From the NCBI GenBank assembly GCA_951812735.1, contig OX638332.1:85042-149041 (forward strand): a stretch of DNA of 64,000 nt. The letters run 5' to 3'. A program made the position numbers and the translations under genes. Within the stretch, counting starts at the first letter, position 1, and each line of letters starts with the position of its first letter. The notes beneath the pieces are model-generated. The model ran no database searches. It worked only from the letters and a program-made list of their open reading frames with translations, and had not been told where the DNA came from. Below are positions 36,631 to 47,050 of the stretch, piece after piece. The DNA comes from Candidatus Dadabacteria bacterium (GTDB lineage Bacteria > Desulfobacterota_D > UBA1144 > Nemesobacterales > Nemesobacteraceae).

Positions 36631-37362
36631 ATGGCTAACGGTACGGCGAGCAAGGCGCTCACTATGAGAAAGGATATGTGGTGGATAGAGCCTCTCATAA
36701 CCGGGGTGGTGCTTGGGGCTTTTGGAATCTACTCCACGTGGAGGGCTCTTTCGAACCAGTTTTACTACACCGAGCCCTACCTCTCGCCTTTTTATTCCCC
36801 GCTTCTACTCCTTGACTGGTGGCAGTTTTCCCCGGCAATACTTATTCTCTGGGCGCCGCTTGGATTCCGCGCGACCTGCTACTACTACAGAAAAGCATAC
36901 TACAGGGCGTATTTCTTCTCGCCTCCTGGCTGCGCGGTAAAACCGGTCGGCAAAAGGGGCTCCTACAAGGGTGAATCGAGTTTTCCGTTCATCCTGCAGA
37001 ACATCCACAGGTTTTTTCTCTACGCGTCTATCGTCATTTTGCTGTTTTTGTGGATCGATTCGTATGAAGCCTTTTTCTTCCATGACGGGTTCGGAGTGGG
37101 CGTAGGAACCATAGTTCTTACCTTAAACGCTTTCCTGCTTACAATGTATTCGTTTTCCTGCCACTCGTTTCGCCACCTGATGGGAGGGAATCTTGACGTG
37201 TTTTCTAGATGTCCGACCCGCTTTCGCCTCTGGGGCGCCATAAGCGTCCAGAACGAAGTACATATGAAATGGGCGTGGACAAGCCTTGTTTTCGTGGCTC
37301 TTACGGACCTTTACGTGTTTCTGGTAGCGAACGGAACAATTACTGATCTGAGGTTGATATAA
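36631..37362 (+). CDS. Succinate dehydrogenase membrane anchor, mycobacterial Sdh1 (Rv0249c)-like
   Basis: YLSPFYSP, FRATCYYYRKAYYR, QNIHR, SCHSFRH and HMKWAW; multi-TM; directly upstream of sdhA. Confidence 0.8.
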   Translation: MANGTASKALTMRKDMWWIEPLITGVVLGAFGIYSTWRALSNQFYYTEPYLSPFYSPLLLLDWWQFSPAILILWAPLGFRATCYYYRKAYYRAYFFSPPGCAVKPVGKRGSYKGESSFPFILQNIHRFFLYASIVILLFLWIDSYEAFFFHDGFGVGVGTIVLTLNAFLLTMYSFSCHSFRHLMGGNLDVFSRCPTRFRLWGAISVQNEVHMKWAWTSLVFVALTDLYVFLVANGTITDLRLI

Positions 37363-37364
37363 AC

Positions 37365-39083
37365 GTGGAAAAATACGAAACACACACACATGACGTTATA
37401 GTTATCGGCGCCGGCGGGGCCGGTCTTCGGGCCGCCATCGAATCTTCCGCCCAGGGCGCCTCGACCGCACTTGTATGCAAATCCCTGCTTGGCAAGGCAC
37501 ACACCGTAATGGCCGAGGGCGGCGTCGCTGCCGCCTTGGCAAACGTTGACACCAAGGACAACTGGGAAACCCACTTCAAGGACACCATGAAGGGCGGGAA
37601 GATGCTTAACAACTGGCAGATGGCCCTTTACCACGCGCAGGAAGCCCCCGAGAGGGTGCGCGAGCTTGAATACTGGGGAGCTCTTTTTGACAGGACTAAA
37701 GAGGGAAGGATAAACCAGAGGGCTTTCGGCGGGCACACGTGGAAAAGGCTTGCCCACGTGGGCGACAGAACCGGTCTTGAGATGATAAGGACCCTCCAGG
37801 AAAAGGGGATACACTCTGGAATAGACGTCTACATGGAATGCACGATAACCCATCTGATAAAAGACGGAGACAGGGTAACTGGAGCCTTCGGCTACTGGAG
37901 AGAGAGCGGGAAGTTCGTTCTTTTCCGCGCAAACGCGATCATTCTCGCAACGGGCGGGGTAGGCAAGGCCTACAAATACACTTCTAACTCCTGGGAATAC
38001 ACGGGCGACGGCCACTCAATGGCGTATGAGGCCGGGGCTGAGCTTATAGACATGGAATTCATACAGTTCCATCCCACGGGGATGGTCTGGCCCCCGAGCG
38101 TGAGAGGAATCCTTGTTACAGAGGCGGTACGCGGTGAGGGAGGCATACTCACAAACAGCGAGGGTGAGCGCTTTATGGAGAAATACGATCCCGAGCGCAT
38201 GGAGCTTTCAACCCGCGACGTGGTCGCAAGGTCCATATACACAGAAGTGGAGCAGGGCCGCGGTTCTCCCCACGGCGGAGCGTTTCTCGACGTCTCGCAC
38301 AGGGGAGCCGATTACGTAAAGCGAAAGCTTCCGAGCATGTACCACCAGTTCATGGAGTTTGCCGATATAGACATAACGAAAGGTCCGATGGAAGTATTCC
38401 CTACCACCCATTATGTCATGGGGGGAGTCAAGGTTGAAGGAGATACCTGCTCGAGCACCGTTCCCGGGCTTTTTGCCGCGGGCGAGGTCGCAGGAGGAAT
38501 GCACGGCGCAAACCGACTCGGAGGAAACTCCCTCTCAGACCTTCTCGTTTTCGGGAAAAGGGCGGGGGAGGGAGCGGCGGTCTACGCAAACGGTAAATCC
38601 CACGCACAGGTACCCGCAGAACTTGTCGAGGGATTCGCAAACGAGCTTCGCGAGCCTTTTAACAACACACAAGGGGAGAACCCCTACACGATCCACCAGG
38701 ATCTCCAGGACGTGATGCAGCTCTACATAGGGGTGTTCCGCACGGAAGAAAACATACAAACGGGCATAGACAAGATAGAGGTACTCAAGGAGAGGGCTGA
38801 GACGCTCAAGATAGAGGGCTCGGTGATGTTTAACCCTGGCTGGCATCTTTGCAGGGATCTTAAGTCGATGCTGATCGTCTCTGAGGCGCTAGCTAGATGC
38901 GCGCTTGCGAGAAAAGAGAGCAGGGGAGCTCACAGCCGGGTCGATTATCCTGAAAGCGACGACGAGGTATTGGGCAAGCTTAATTCCATTGTTTCCTTCA
39001 AGGACGGGGCGATGGATGTCGCAACGCGGCCGATTGTGGAGATGCCCGATGAGCTTTCGAAACTGTTTACGGAGGATAAGTGA
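37365..39083 (+). CDS. sdhA: Succinate dehydrogenase/fumarate reductase flavoprotein
   Basis: GAGGAG, KAHTVMAEGG (covalent FAD His), QFHPTG, HGANRLGGNSL and ESRGAH. Confidence 0.95.
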   Translation: MEKYETHTHDVIVIGAGGAGLRAAIESSAQGASTALVCKSLLGKAHTVMAEGGVAAALANVDTKDNWETHFKDTMKGGKMLNNWQMALYHAQEAPERVRELEYWGALFDRTKEGRINQRAFGGHTWKRLAHVGDRTGLEMIRTLQEKGIHSGIDVYMECTITHLIKDGDRVTGAFGYWRESGKFVLFRANAIILATGGVGKAYKYTSNSWEYTGDGHSMAYEAGAELIDMEFIQFHPTGMVWPPSVRGILVTEAVRGEGGILTNSEGERFMEKYDPERMELSTRDVVARSIYTEVEQGRGSPHGGAFLDVSHRGADYVKRKLPSMYHQFMEFADIDITKGPMEVFPTTHYVMGGVKVEGDTCSSTVPGLFAAGEVAGGMHGANRLGGNSLSDLLVFGKRAGEGAAVYANGKSHAQVPAELVEGFANELREPFNNTQGENPYTIHQDLQDVMQLYIGVFRTEENIQTGIDKIEVLKERAETLKIEGSVMFNPGWHLCRDLKSMLIVSEALARCALARKESRGAHSRVDYPESDDEVLGKLNSIVSFKDGAMDVATRPIVEMPDELSKLFTEDK

Positions 39084-39814
39084 TGTCGGTAGCCAAGCTA
39101 AGAGTTTTTCGCGGTGACGCGCAGGGTGGAGAGGAAAAGGAGTACGAGGTCCCGGTAGACGAGGGAATGGTGGTTCTCGACGCGCTTTTCTACATACAGG
39201 CAAACTACGACGGCGACTTGGCGATAAGATGGAACTGCAAGGCGGCAAAGTGCGGCTCCTGCAGCACCGAGATAAACGGAAAACCGAGTCTTGCATGCAA
39301 GACCCGCATGGACACTTTTGCCGAGGGCGAAACTATTACCGTTTACCCGATCAAGGCGTTTCCCGTTATAAAGGATCTCGTAACCGACGTCTCATGGAAC
39401 TACGAAGTAAGCAAAAAAATCCCTCCGTTTACCCCCGCCGAGGATACCGAGTGGATCATGTACCAGGAGGACGTTGAGAGAGGGCAGGAGTTTAGAAAAT
39501 GCATAGAGTGCTTCATGTGTCAGAACGTCTGTCACATACTTCGCGACCACAACAGAAAAGACGCCTTTGCCGGACCCAGGTTCATGATAAAGATCGCCGA
39601 GCGGGAGATGCATCCCCTGGATGTGCTTGACAGAAGGGAGTTCGCGCGCGAGGAGGCCGGAGTCGGTTTCTGCAACATCACCAAATGCTGCACCGAGGTA
39701 TGCCCCGAGGACATACACATAACGGATAACGGAATCATTCCGCTTAAGGAGAGGGTGGTTGACAAGTATTACGATCCTCTCGCTTGGCTTTTAAGAAAGG
39801 TAAAGGGGAAATAG
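39083..39814 (+). CDS. sdhB: Succinate dehydrogenase/fumarate reductase iron-sulfur subunit
   Basis: WNCKAAKCGSC, CIECFMCQNVC and CNITKCCTEVCP. Confidence 0.95.
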   Translation: MSVAKLRVFRGDAQGGEEKEYEVPVDEGMVVLDALFYIQANYDGDLAIRWNCKAAKCGSCSTEINGKPSLACKTRMDTFAEGETITVYPIKAFPVIKDLVTDVSWNYEVSKKIPPFTPAEDTEWIMYQEDVERGQEFRKCIECFMCQNVCHILRDHNRKDAFAGPRFMIKIAEREMHPLDVLDRREFAREEAGVGFCNITKCCTEVCPEDIHITDNGIIPLKERVVDKYYDPLAWLLRKVKGK

Positions 39815-39823
39815 GGAAGAGCA

Positions 39824-40990
39824 TTGAACGTACACGAATACCAGGCCAAAAAGCTTCTTTCTGATTCCGGGGTCAAGGTTCCGGGCGGACAGGTCGTTTT
39901 CAGCGCGGATGAAGTAGGGGAGGTGCTAGATACCCTCAACTCTGCAAAATACGTGGTAAAAGCCCAGATTCACGCGGGCGGCCGGGGCAAGGGGGGTGGA
40001 ATAAAGGTAGTTGACAATTCCCAGGACGCTACGGCGGCCGCGGAGCAGATAATCGGGATGAACCTCGTTACCCACCAGACGGGCCCCGAGGGTAAGACCG
40101 TGGGAAGCGTATTGATCGAGGAAGCTTCCAGTATAGAAAAAGAGTTCTATCTCGGCATGGTTATTGACCGCTCACGGGAAAAAGTGGTCGTTATGGGAAG
40201 CCCGGAAGGCGGGGTTGAGATTGAGGAAGTGGCGGCCAGCGCTCCCGAGAAGATAATAAAGGAGCATGTCGATATCTCTTTAGGCATTCAGCCTTACCAG
40301 TGCCGGAAAATCGCTTATTTCATGGGTCTTGAGGGTGGCGCCGTGAGGCAGGCTGTATCGTTTATCTCATCCCTTTACCGGGTGTTTATCGAGAAGGACT
40401 GTTCCCTTGCGGAGATAAACCCGCTTGTTCTTACCTCGGACGGCAACATAGTGGCTCTCGACGCGAAGATTAACTTCGATGATAACGCTCTTTTCCGCCA
40501 CCGCGACATCGCAGGGCTTAGGGACAGGGACGAAGAGGACCCGCTTGAGCTTGAAGCAAGCGACGCGGGGATAAGTTTCATTAAGCTTGACGGAGACATA
40601 GGGTGTCTTGTTAACGGCGCGGGGCTTGCCATGGCTACCATGGACATTATAAAGCACCACGGCGGAGAACCCGCAAACTTCCTTGACGTCGGCGGCGGGG
40701 CTACAACGGAGCAGGTAACAAAGGCGTTTAAGATGATCCTGAGCGACGAGAACGTAAAAGCCATCTTCGTTAATATCTTCGGCGGCATAATGAAGTGCGA
40801 CACCATCGCCGATGGTATCGTGGAGGCCGCGGGAGAGGTCGGAATAAACGTTCCCTTAGTGGTCAGGCTTGAAGGAACCAACGTTGAAGCCGGAAGAGAG
40901 ATTCTTTCTAACTCGGGTCTTGATATCCAGACCGGGGCCGACATGAAAGAAGCCGCGTCCAAGGTGGTTGAGGCAGCTAAACCTAGCTGA
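39824..40990 (+). CDS. sucC: Succinyl-CoA synthetase beta subunit
   Basis: [34 protein letters not shown] and NIFGGI. Confidence 0.98.
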   Translation: MNVHEYQAKKLLSDSGVKVPGGQVVFSADEVGEVLDTLNSAKYVVKAQIHAGGRGKGGGIKVVDNSQDATAAAEQIIGMNLVTHQTGPEGKTVGSVLIEEASSIEKEFYLGMVIDRSREKVVVMGSPEGGVEIEEVAASAPEKIIKEHVDISLGIQPYQCRKIAYFMGLEGGAVRQAVSFISSLYRVFIEKDCSLAEINPLVLTSDGNIVALDAKINFDDNALFRHRDIAGLRDRDEEDPLELEASDAGISFIKLDGDIGCLVNGAGLAMATMDIIKHHGGEPANFLDVGGGATTEQVTKAFKMILSDENVKAIFVNIFGGIMKCDTIADGIVEAAGEVGINVPLVVRLEGTNVEAGREILSNSGLDIQTGADMKEAASKVVEAAKPS

Positions 40991-41319
40991 TTTCAGTAAG
41001 TTGCGACCATAAGACCGGATCTTTTCATCCAAATTATAGGGATTATATACAATCCTACCAAACTTCAGGAATCTTAAAAAAGAAGCCCATGACGCGTGAT
41101 AGTAAATATATTCTTGCTGAGAGAGAAAGCAAAAGGTGCATAGATAAAATTATAAAATCCTCTTCTCGCAAGAAGGTTGTTGTTGCTGGGCCGGGTACGG
41201 GAAAAACTTTTGATAACGCTTTAAATCTTTCGCAAATTAAAAAGGAAGGCGGCATTTCTTCATGAATCCGGTTAGATAAATAGTGCTCTTAAATTTATTT
41301 AACAGGAGGAAACACCGCC

Positions 41320-42531
41320 ATGAGAGATTATACAGCGAAGAGCCCCAAAAAGGTAATTCAGATTAACCACGAGGAGCTTAGGGATCATCTAAGCTCCATA
41401 GTCACCGATACGGTAGAGGAAGTATTGAACAAGGTTCTTGACTCTGAAGCAGATGAGATGGTTGGGGCAGCGCGGTACGAGCGAAGTTCGGATCGCCAGG
41501 ACTATCGTTCCGGAAGCTACACAAGAAAGCTCCAGACCAAGGCTGGAGAAGTAACGCTGAAGGTGCCCAAGCTTCGGGAGCAGAGATTCCAGACGGCCGT
41601 AATAGAGCGATACAGGCGAAGGGAGTCATCAGTCGAAGAAGCCCTGGTGGAGATGTATCTTGCGGGAGTATCCACGCGGCGGGTGGCGGATATTACAGAA
41701 GCGCTTTGGGACACGCGGGTGAGTTCGGCCACGGTCTCGAAGCTCAACTGTAGCGTGTACGAGCACATAGAGAAGTGGAGAAACAGGCCCATAGAAGGAG
41801 AGTTTCCCTATGTTTATCTTGACGGGGTGAGTCTCAAGCGCAGCTGGGGAGGAGAAGTGGGCAACGTGTCGGTTCTTATAGCCATAGGGGTGGGCAGAGA
41901 TGGTTATCGCCGGGTTCTGGGGGTTGTGGAGGGGGCGAAAGAGGACAAGGCCGGGTGGAGCGGGTTTTTGCGTCATCTGAAGCAGAGGGGGCTTAGTGGG
42001 GTGCGGATGTTCATAAGCGACGCGTGTTTGGGGTTGGTTGAGAGCATAGGGGATTTTTATCCGGAGGCGCTTTGGCAGCGTTGCGTGGTTCACTTTTATC
42101 GCAACGTGTTCAGTTACGTGCCTCGGGGCAGGGTTGGGGAGGTGAGTTTGATGCTGAAGGCCATCCATGCTTCTGAGAACGAGGAAGCCGCGAGGGGGAA
42201 GGCAAAGGAGGTTGTAAACAGACTTAAGGGGATGCGACTGGGCTCGGCGGCTAAGTGGGTGGAGGAGAACATTGAAGAGACTCTTTGTTACTATGGGTTT
42301 CCGTCGTCACACTGGCGCAGGGTCCGGACGAACAATCCGATGGAGAGGATCATAAAGGAGATAAGGAGAAGATCCCGTGTTGTGGGAGCCTTCCCTGACG
42401 GGCAGAGTGCGTTGATGTTGTGCGCGGCGAGGTTAAGGCATATATCGGGGACCAAGTGGGGAAGCAGGAAGTATCTGGACATGGATTTGCTGAGGGAAAT
42501 GTACAGCAAGGAGGAAGTTGAGGTAGGGTAA
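41320..42531 (+). CDS. IS256 family (mutator-type) DDE transposase
   Basis: MYLAGVSTR, YVYLDG, ISDAC.GL, WQRCVVHF and RTNNPMER. Confidence 0.96.
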   Translation: MRDYTAKSPKKVIQINHEELRDHLSSIVTDTVEEVLNKVLDSEADEMVGAARYERSSDRQDYRSGSYTRKLQTKAGEVTLKVPKLREQRFQTAVIERYRRRESSVEEALVEMYLAGVSTRRVADITEALWDTRVSSATVSKLNCSVYEHIEKWRNRPIEGEFPYVYLDGVSLKRSWGGEVGNVSVLIAIGVGRDGYRRVLGVVEGAKEDKAGWSGFLRHLKQRGLSGVRMFISDACLGLVESIGDFYPEALWQRCVVHFYRNVFSYVPRGRVGEVSLMLKAIHASENEEAARGKAKEVVNRLKGMRLGSAAKWVEENIEETLCYYGFPSSHWRRVRTNNPMERIIKEIRRRSRVVGAFPDGQSALMLCAARLRHISGTKWGSRKYLDMDLLREMYSKEEVEVG

Positions 42532-42547
42532 TGGACAAAGACCGGAT

Positions 42548-42585
42548 TTTGAGAATCAAAGACTCATGAGTCTTTGATTCTCAAA
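42548..42585. repeat. Perfect 38-bp palindrome inside the IS right end
   Basis: TTTGAGAATCAAAGACTCA|TGAGTCTTTGATTCTCAAA, no loop. Confidence 0.9.
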
Positions 42586-44190
42586 CTGAAGAAATGCTGA
42601 AAACTTAAATTTGCGAAAAATTCCGAGCACTACCAAACTTTTCTTTTTAAAAAAGTAATTGAAGGTAAAAAGAATGCTCTCACCTTAACGTTTGTTAATG
42701 CTTTAGTTCAGGATCTGTCACTTGATTTATATGGAATGTCTGGTGTTAAAACGCTTCATAGTTTTGCTAGAGGTGCTCTTCATGAGATAACGGGAAACGA
42801 AGTAAAAATATTTCCGAAATTTTCTGCCGTTGTAAGAAAAGATGCGGAGATTTTGCTTGAGCAAAAAATTGATTTTGATTCCATATTCTACAACATGCAG
42901 GAAAATGAGCACGTTGAATTTTACAAAAATCGAAAAGACTACTATGGCGGATACTATGGCTACTCAGATGTAATTTATGATCTTGTAAAAAGTTTCCAAA
43001 AAAAAAGAGACAAATTGCCTTCTTATGATTATGTGCTCGTGGATGAATATCAGGATTTTAATGAGTCGGAAATAACATTGATTGACCTTTTATCCGAAAA
43101 AAGCCCAGTGCTTATTGCCGGAGATGATGACCAAGCGCTCTACGAGGAACTGAAAAGTGCAAGTGCTAAGCATATCAGACAAAAGTTTAGCAATGATTGT
43201 ATGGACTATGAGTCCTTTACTTTGCCGTATTGTCGACGGTCTACTCGCGTAATCGTTGAGGCGGTTAACGATATTATTTCTGTCGCGACCGAAGAAAACC
43301 TTATGCAGAACAGAGTATGCAAGGAATACAAATATTTTGATCATGAAGATAAAGATGCGGAGAGTGAGCGAAACCCCAAGATTATTTATAGCCAACAGTA
43401 TTCCAGGCGGATTCCATGGTTTATTGAAAAACACTTAGGAATTATTGCTCGTGATATGAAAGGAAAATTTTCTGTCTTAATAATTGCCCCAACAAAAACC
43501 CAATGTCGTTCAATTGTTGAAGGTTTGAAAAATAAAGGGTTTACAAGCATTGAGTGGAACGATAAAAAAGACGAGGAGGAACCTACTTTATTAGATGGGT
43601 TGAAGATTTTGCTTAACGATATAAATAGTAATCTTGGCTGGCGGATCTCTTCTAGCTTCTTTCTCGCCGATGAAGACTTCGAAAAAGCTCTTAGAAAAAG
43701 TAATTCTAACGGCGGGGAAAACTTTTCGGAGATTATAGATAAAGAAATCAAGAAACAAATTAAGAAAATCCTGAAAGTATTACGAGCTGTCAGAGATAAA
43801 AAAGGAACGGAAGATAAAGAACTTGACCAAGTTTTAGGAAAGATTGACTTAAATCCTTACAACATGGCAGAAGAAAGCTTGAGAAAGGAAATTCTACTTG
43901 AATCCCAAAATATTGGTACAGACCCCGGGATAAAAAAAATACAGATTAAAGTAACAACAATTGAAAGCTCCAAGGGACTTTCCGCAGATTATGTCTTTAT
44001 AACCTACTTTGATGATAAATATTTTATAAAAGACAGAGATAAGACGAAAATAACACAGAAAGATGTCTGCAAATTTCTTGTCGCATTGACAAGGGCTAGA
44101 AAAAAAGTACTTTTGGTTTCTTCTGATGGAGATAGAAAACCAACCTTTTTCAATTGGATAAAATCGAATAGGATTAAGATAGCTCAATAA

Positions 44191-44541
44191 GGCATAAGGC
44201 CTGGAAATGGGAACTGGATTTTTATACATGGAGAGAAAAAGTACGATATCAGCGAAAGTACTTATATCTGGGGTACGGGCAATGGTCTTAGCGTAATGGA
44301 TAGCAGTCATAGAAGAGATAAAGGGAGCATTAAGGACTTTCCTACTTCAGTTATTAGAGCTCCTAAATACTCACCCCGTTGCGAAGTCTATCAAACGAAG
44401 GATAGCAAGATTTTCTTCTTGATTCGTATCGGGTGTTTTGTCGGCGAGTACTCAAAGGAAGAGGTCAAGGAATGGCTAAATGCTCACGGTGCCCCGAGGA
44501 ATGCATACGAAAGGGCAGGAATTGAATTACGAGTCGCTTAG
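44191..44541 (+). pseudogene. 5'-truncated hypothetical gene (mobile-element type)
   Basis: Open frame from just after the helicase stop: ...IHGEKKYDISES...EVYQTKDSKIFF...EEVKEWLNAHG...YERAGIELRVA. First ATG only at 44296. Confidence 0.4.
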
Positions 44542-44758
44542 TTTGTCAAGTTTGATACATAATCCCTTTGTTTTTGACCTTTCGGTTCAAAAACTTTATT
44601 CTTCCTACCCATAGTGACGCATCCTCCTAATTGATTGATTTTTGGGTGAATTCAACCGCAACCGGATACGCCGCTTTTTTTCAAATCCTCCGTACACCAA
44701 ATTTGAATACAACTCGGTTCATTATTGAAGAAACAATAGTACAGCGGGAGATACGAGC

Positions 44759-46993
44759 ATGAAAAACACCCAGAAACCAGATCGCTTCAGTCTTGATACG
44801 CTGATACGACACCTCCAGGAGGGGTACTTCGTTATACCTAATTTCCAGCGTGAATTTGAGTGGAAACCACCGGATATACGGGCACTGATGCGTTCAATTT
44901 TTCTTGATTATTACATAGGCAGTCTGTTGTTGTGGAAGGGCAAGAAAGAAAATTTTGAGGCGATGTCCTGTGAAGAAATCTACGGGTTCAGCGGTGATGG
45001 CAAGCAACGCCAATACATCGTTCTTGACGGACAACAGCGCTTGGCGGCAATATACTACGCTTTCCTCGCTCCCGATGTGCCATTACCGGGTAGGGCAACT
45101 CGAGCCCTTTATTTTGTGCGCGTTGACAAGTTTATGAACGAGGAATATGACGAAGCATTTGGTTATGACTGGTCCTCAAGAAGATTCTTGAAGATTCTCA
45201 ATGACCGGGAAATTCAGTTTTCACAGCATATTTTTCCGCTGTCGGTGGTCGGCGCCAAAGGGTGGGAATTGCCAAACTGGGTGCAAGACTACGAACAGTA
45301 CTGGAAGGATGTGGCGACGGATGCGAAAAATGCCGGTGATGAGGAAGCCGCGAACCTAGCAGAAATGCACGCCGAAAACGCAAAGATATTCGGCAGGCAT
45401 CTTAACGACATAACCCACCAATATCAGGTTTCCTATATTGAACTTGACCAGGAACTTGAACTGGACAAGGTTTGCGATATCTTCACGCAAATTAACAGCC
45501 GAGGCATACGGCTTGACGTATTTGACCTAATAAATGCCCTGCTCGTACCCAAGGGGGTTAATCTCAAACATATGTGGCGTAATGCCGAAGCACGTCTTGA
45601 ATTCGTTGATTCAGAGAAAATGAATGTCTACATTCTGCAGGTCATGTCAATCCTGCGACAGGCTTATTGTTCCCCGAAATATCTGTATTTCCTTTTGCCA
45701 GGAAAGGAAAAGCCAGTTCGTGATCCCGATGGGACACGGCGCAAGGAAATATTAGTGCCCGATGTTAATGATTTTGAAAAACGCTGGGATCAGGCGGTAG
45801 ACTCGCTTGAGAACGCCATCAAGATGCTCCGTCATCCGCAGGAATTCGGTGCAGTATCATCAAAATACCTGCCGTATATCTCCATCCTTCCGCCCTTTGC
45901 CGCGTTGCAAGCGTATGTAAAGACTTGTTCGTCAGGATTACAACTTGATGCTCAGCGGAAGATAAAGCATTGGTACTGGGCGGCAGTCTTTACGAACCAG
46001 TATTCAGGTTCGGTTGAATCAACCAGCGCACGTGATTTTCTGGACGTAAAAACATGGATTGAAAACGACATGGAAGAACCCGCGCTCATACGGGAATTCA
46101 AAAACACATTCCGCGCAATGGATCTGCGCAGGGAGGTCAAGTACGGTTCATCCGTCTACAACGGCATCTTCAACCTGCTTGTTCTCCAAGGCGCGCGGGA
46201 CTGGATTACTGGCAAAATACCGCAACCTGAAGACCTTGATGATCATCATATCGTTCCGAGCTGGTGGGGAACCGAAAACCTTGACGGCAAAACTGTCAAC
46301 ACCATTCTGAACCGCACGCCGTTAACGGCGGATACAAACCGAAAGGGAATAGCTGGCAAGCTCCCCAATGTTTATCTGCTGGAACTCATTAAAAATAATG
46401 GGGAGGGAAAGGTTCTCGACATACTGCAATCTCACTTCATTTCCCATGTAGCGCTCAATATACTTCTTCGTGATCCGTTCACTCCAAACGATTTCGATGA
46501 ATTCATCACCGAACGGCAGCGGACTATTCAGGACGCGATTGAAAACCTCCTCATTAAGGAGCGTCTTGACCTTCCCCCGAATCTGCGCAAGATGGATGCA
46601 GCAATTGAGGAAACTGAACTCGAGCTACGCAATGCTGTTATAAAAGCGCTTGGTAGCAATGCGTCAGCCTTGCCCCAGCATGTTCAGCAAAAGATTGAGG
46701 AGCGTCTGCAGCGCGCCTCGAAAAAAAACGCGGCACTTGACATGGAGTACTACCAAACTTTGAAGGGAAAACTCGAATACTGTGATCTCCGAGAGTTACA
46801 GGATACTATCACTTCGAAAAAAATCTGGCCGGAGTTCCAGTCGCGTTTTTCCAACAAGGAAACTCTTAGAGGGAAATTTGATCAGCTTGCAGAGCTTAGA
46901 AACAGCATACGGCATAGCCGAACAGTTGACGAAGTCACGAGGATGGAAGGGGAAGCATCTCTCCTCTGGTTCAAAGAAGTGCTGGAAAGATAG
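44759..46993 (+). CDS. GmrSD-like protein: DUF262 + HNH (DUF1524-like) + C-terminal HEPN (Swt1-like)
   Basis: IPNFQREFEW and LDGQQRL (DUF262); DDHHIVP...N...N (HNH); C-terminal LRNSIRH (RxxxxH). Confidence 0.85.
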   Translation: MKNTQKPDRFSLDTLIRHLQEGYFVIPNFQREFEWKPPDIRALMRSIFLDYYIGSLLLWKGKKENFEAMSCEEIYGFSGDGKQRQYIVLDGQQRLAAIYYAFLAPDVPLPGRATRALYFVRVDKFMNEEYDEAFGYDWSSRRFLKILNDREIQFSQHIFPLSVVGAKGWELPNWVQDYEQYWKDVATDAKNAGDEEAANLAEMHAENAKIFGRHLNDITHQYQVSYIELDQELELDKVCDIFTQINSRGIRLDVFDLINALLVPKGVNLKHMWRNAEARLEFVDSEKMNVYILQVMSILRQAYCSPKYLYFLLPGKEKPVRDPDGTRRKEILVPDVNDFEKRWDQAVDSLENAIKMLRHPQEFGAVSSKYLPYISILPPFAALQAYVKTCSSGLQLDAQRKIKHWYWAAVFTNQYSGSVESTSARDFLDVKTWIENDMEEPALIREFKNTFRAMDLRREVKYGSSVYNGIFNLLVLQGARDWITGKIPQPEDLDDHHIVPSWWGTENLDGKTVNTILNRTPLTADTNRKGIAGKLPNVYLLELIKNNGEGKVLDILQSHFISHVALNILLRDPFTPNDFDEFITERQRTIQDAIENLLIKERLDLPPNLRKMDAAIEETELELRNAVIKALGSNASALPQHVQQKIEERLQRASKKNAALDMEYYQTLKGKLEYCDLRELQDTITSKKIWPEFQSRFSNKETLRGKFDQLAELRNSIRHSRTVDEVTRMEGEASLLWFKEVLER

Positions 46994-47050
46994 CAATTTA
47001 CAAGTCAAATTATATTTGAACTGGGGGTCACCTCTAAAAAAGACAGTCTG

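Larger units (their letters stand above)
41212..42634 (+). mobile_element. IS256-family insertion sequence (1423 bp)
   Basis: Imperfect terminal IRs: GATAACGCTTTAAATCTTTCGCAAATT versus right-end reverse complement GGTAGTGCTCGGAATTTTTCGCAAATT. 8-bp target duplication AAACTTTT at 41204-41211 and 42635-42642. Confidence 0.95.
41089..44190 (+). pseudogene. UvrD/Rep-like SF1 helicase interrupted by IS256
   Basis: 41089-41211 encodes MTRDSK...VVAGPGTGKTF (Walker A). Removing the IS and one TSD copy restores the frame into LFKKVIEGKKNALTLTFVN...TLHSFA...VDEYQD...GDDDQALY...VALTRAR, 556 aa in total. Confidence 0.9.

Noticed and set aside
42736-44190. 484-aa ORF as a complete gene
   Set aside because: It lacks Walker A; it is the 3' part of the IS-interrupted helicase.
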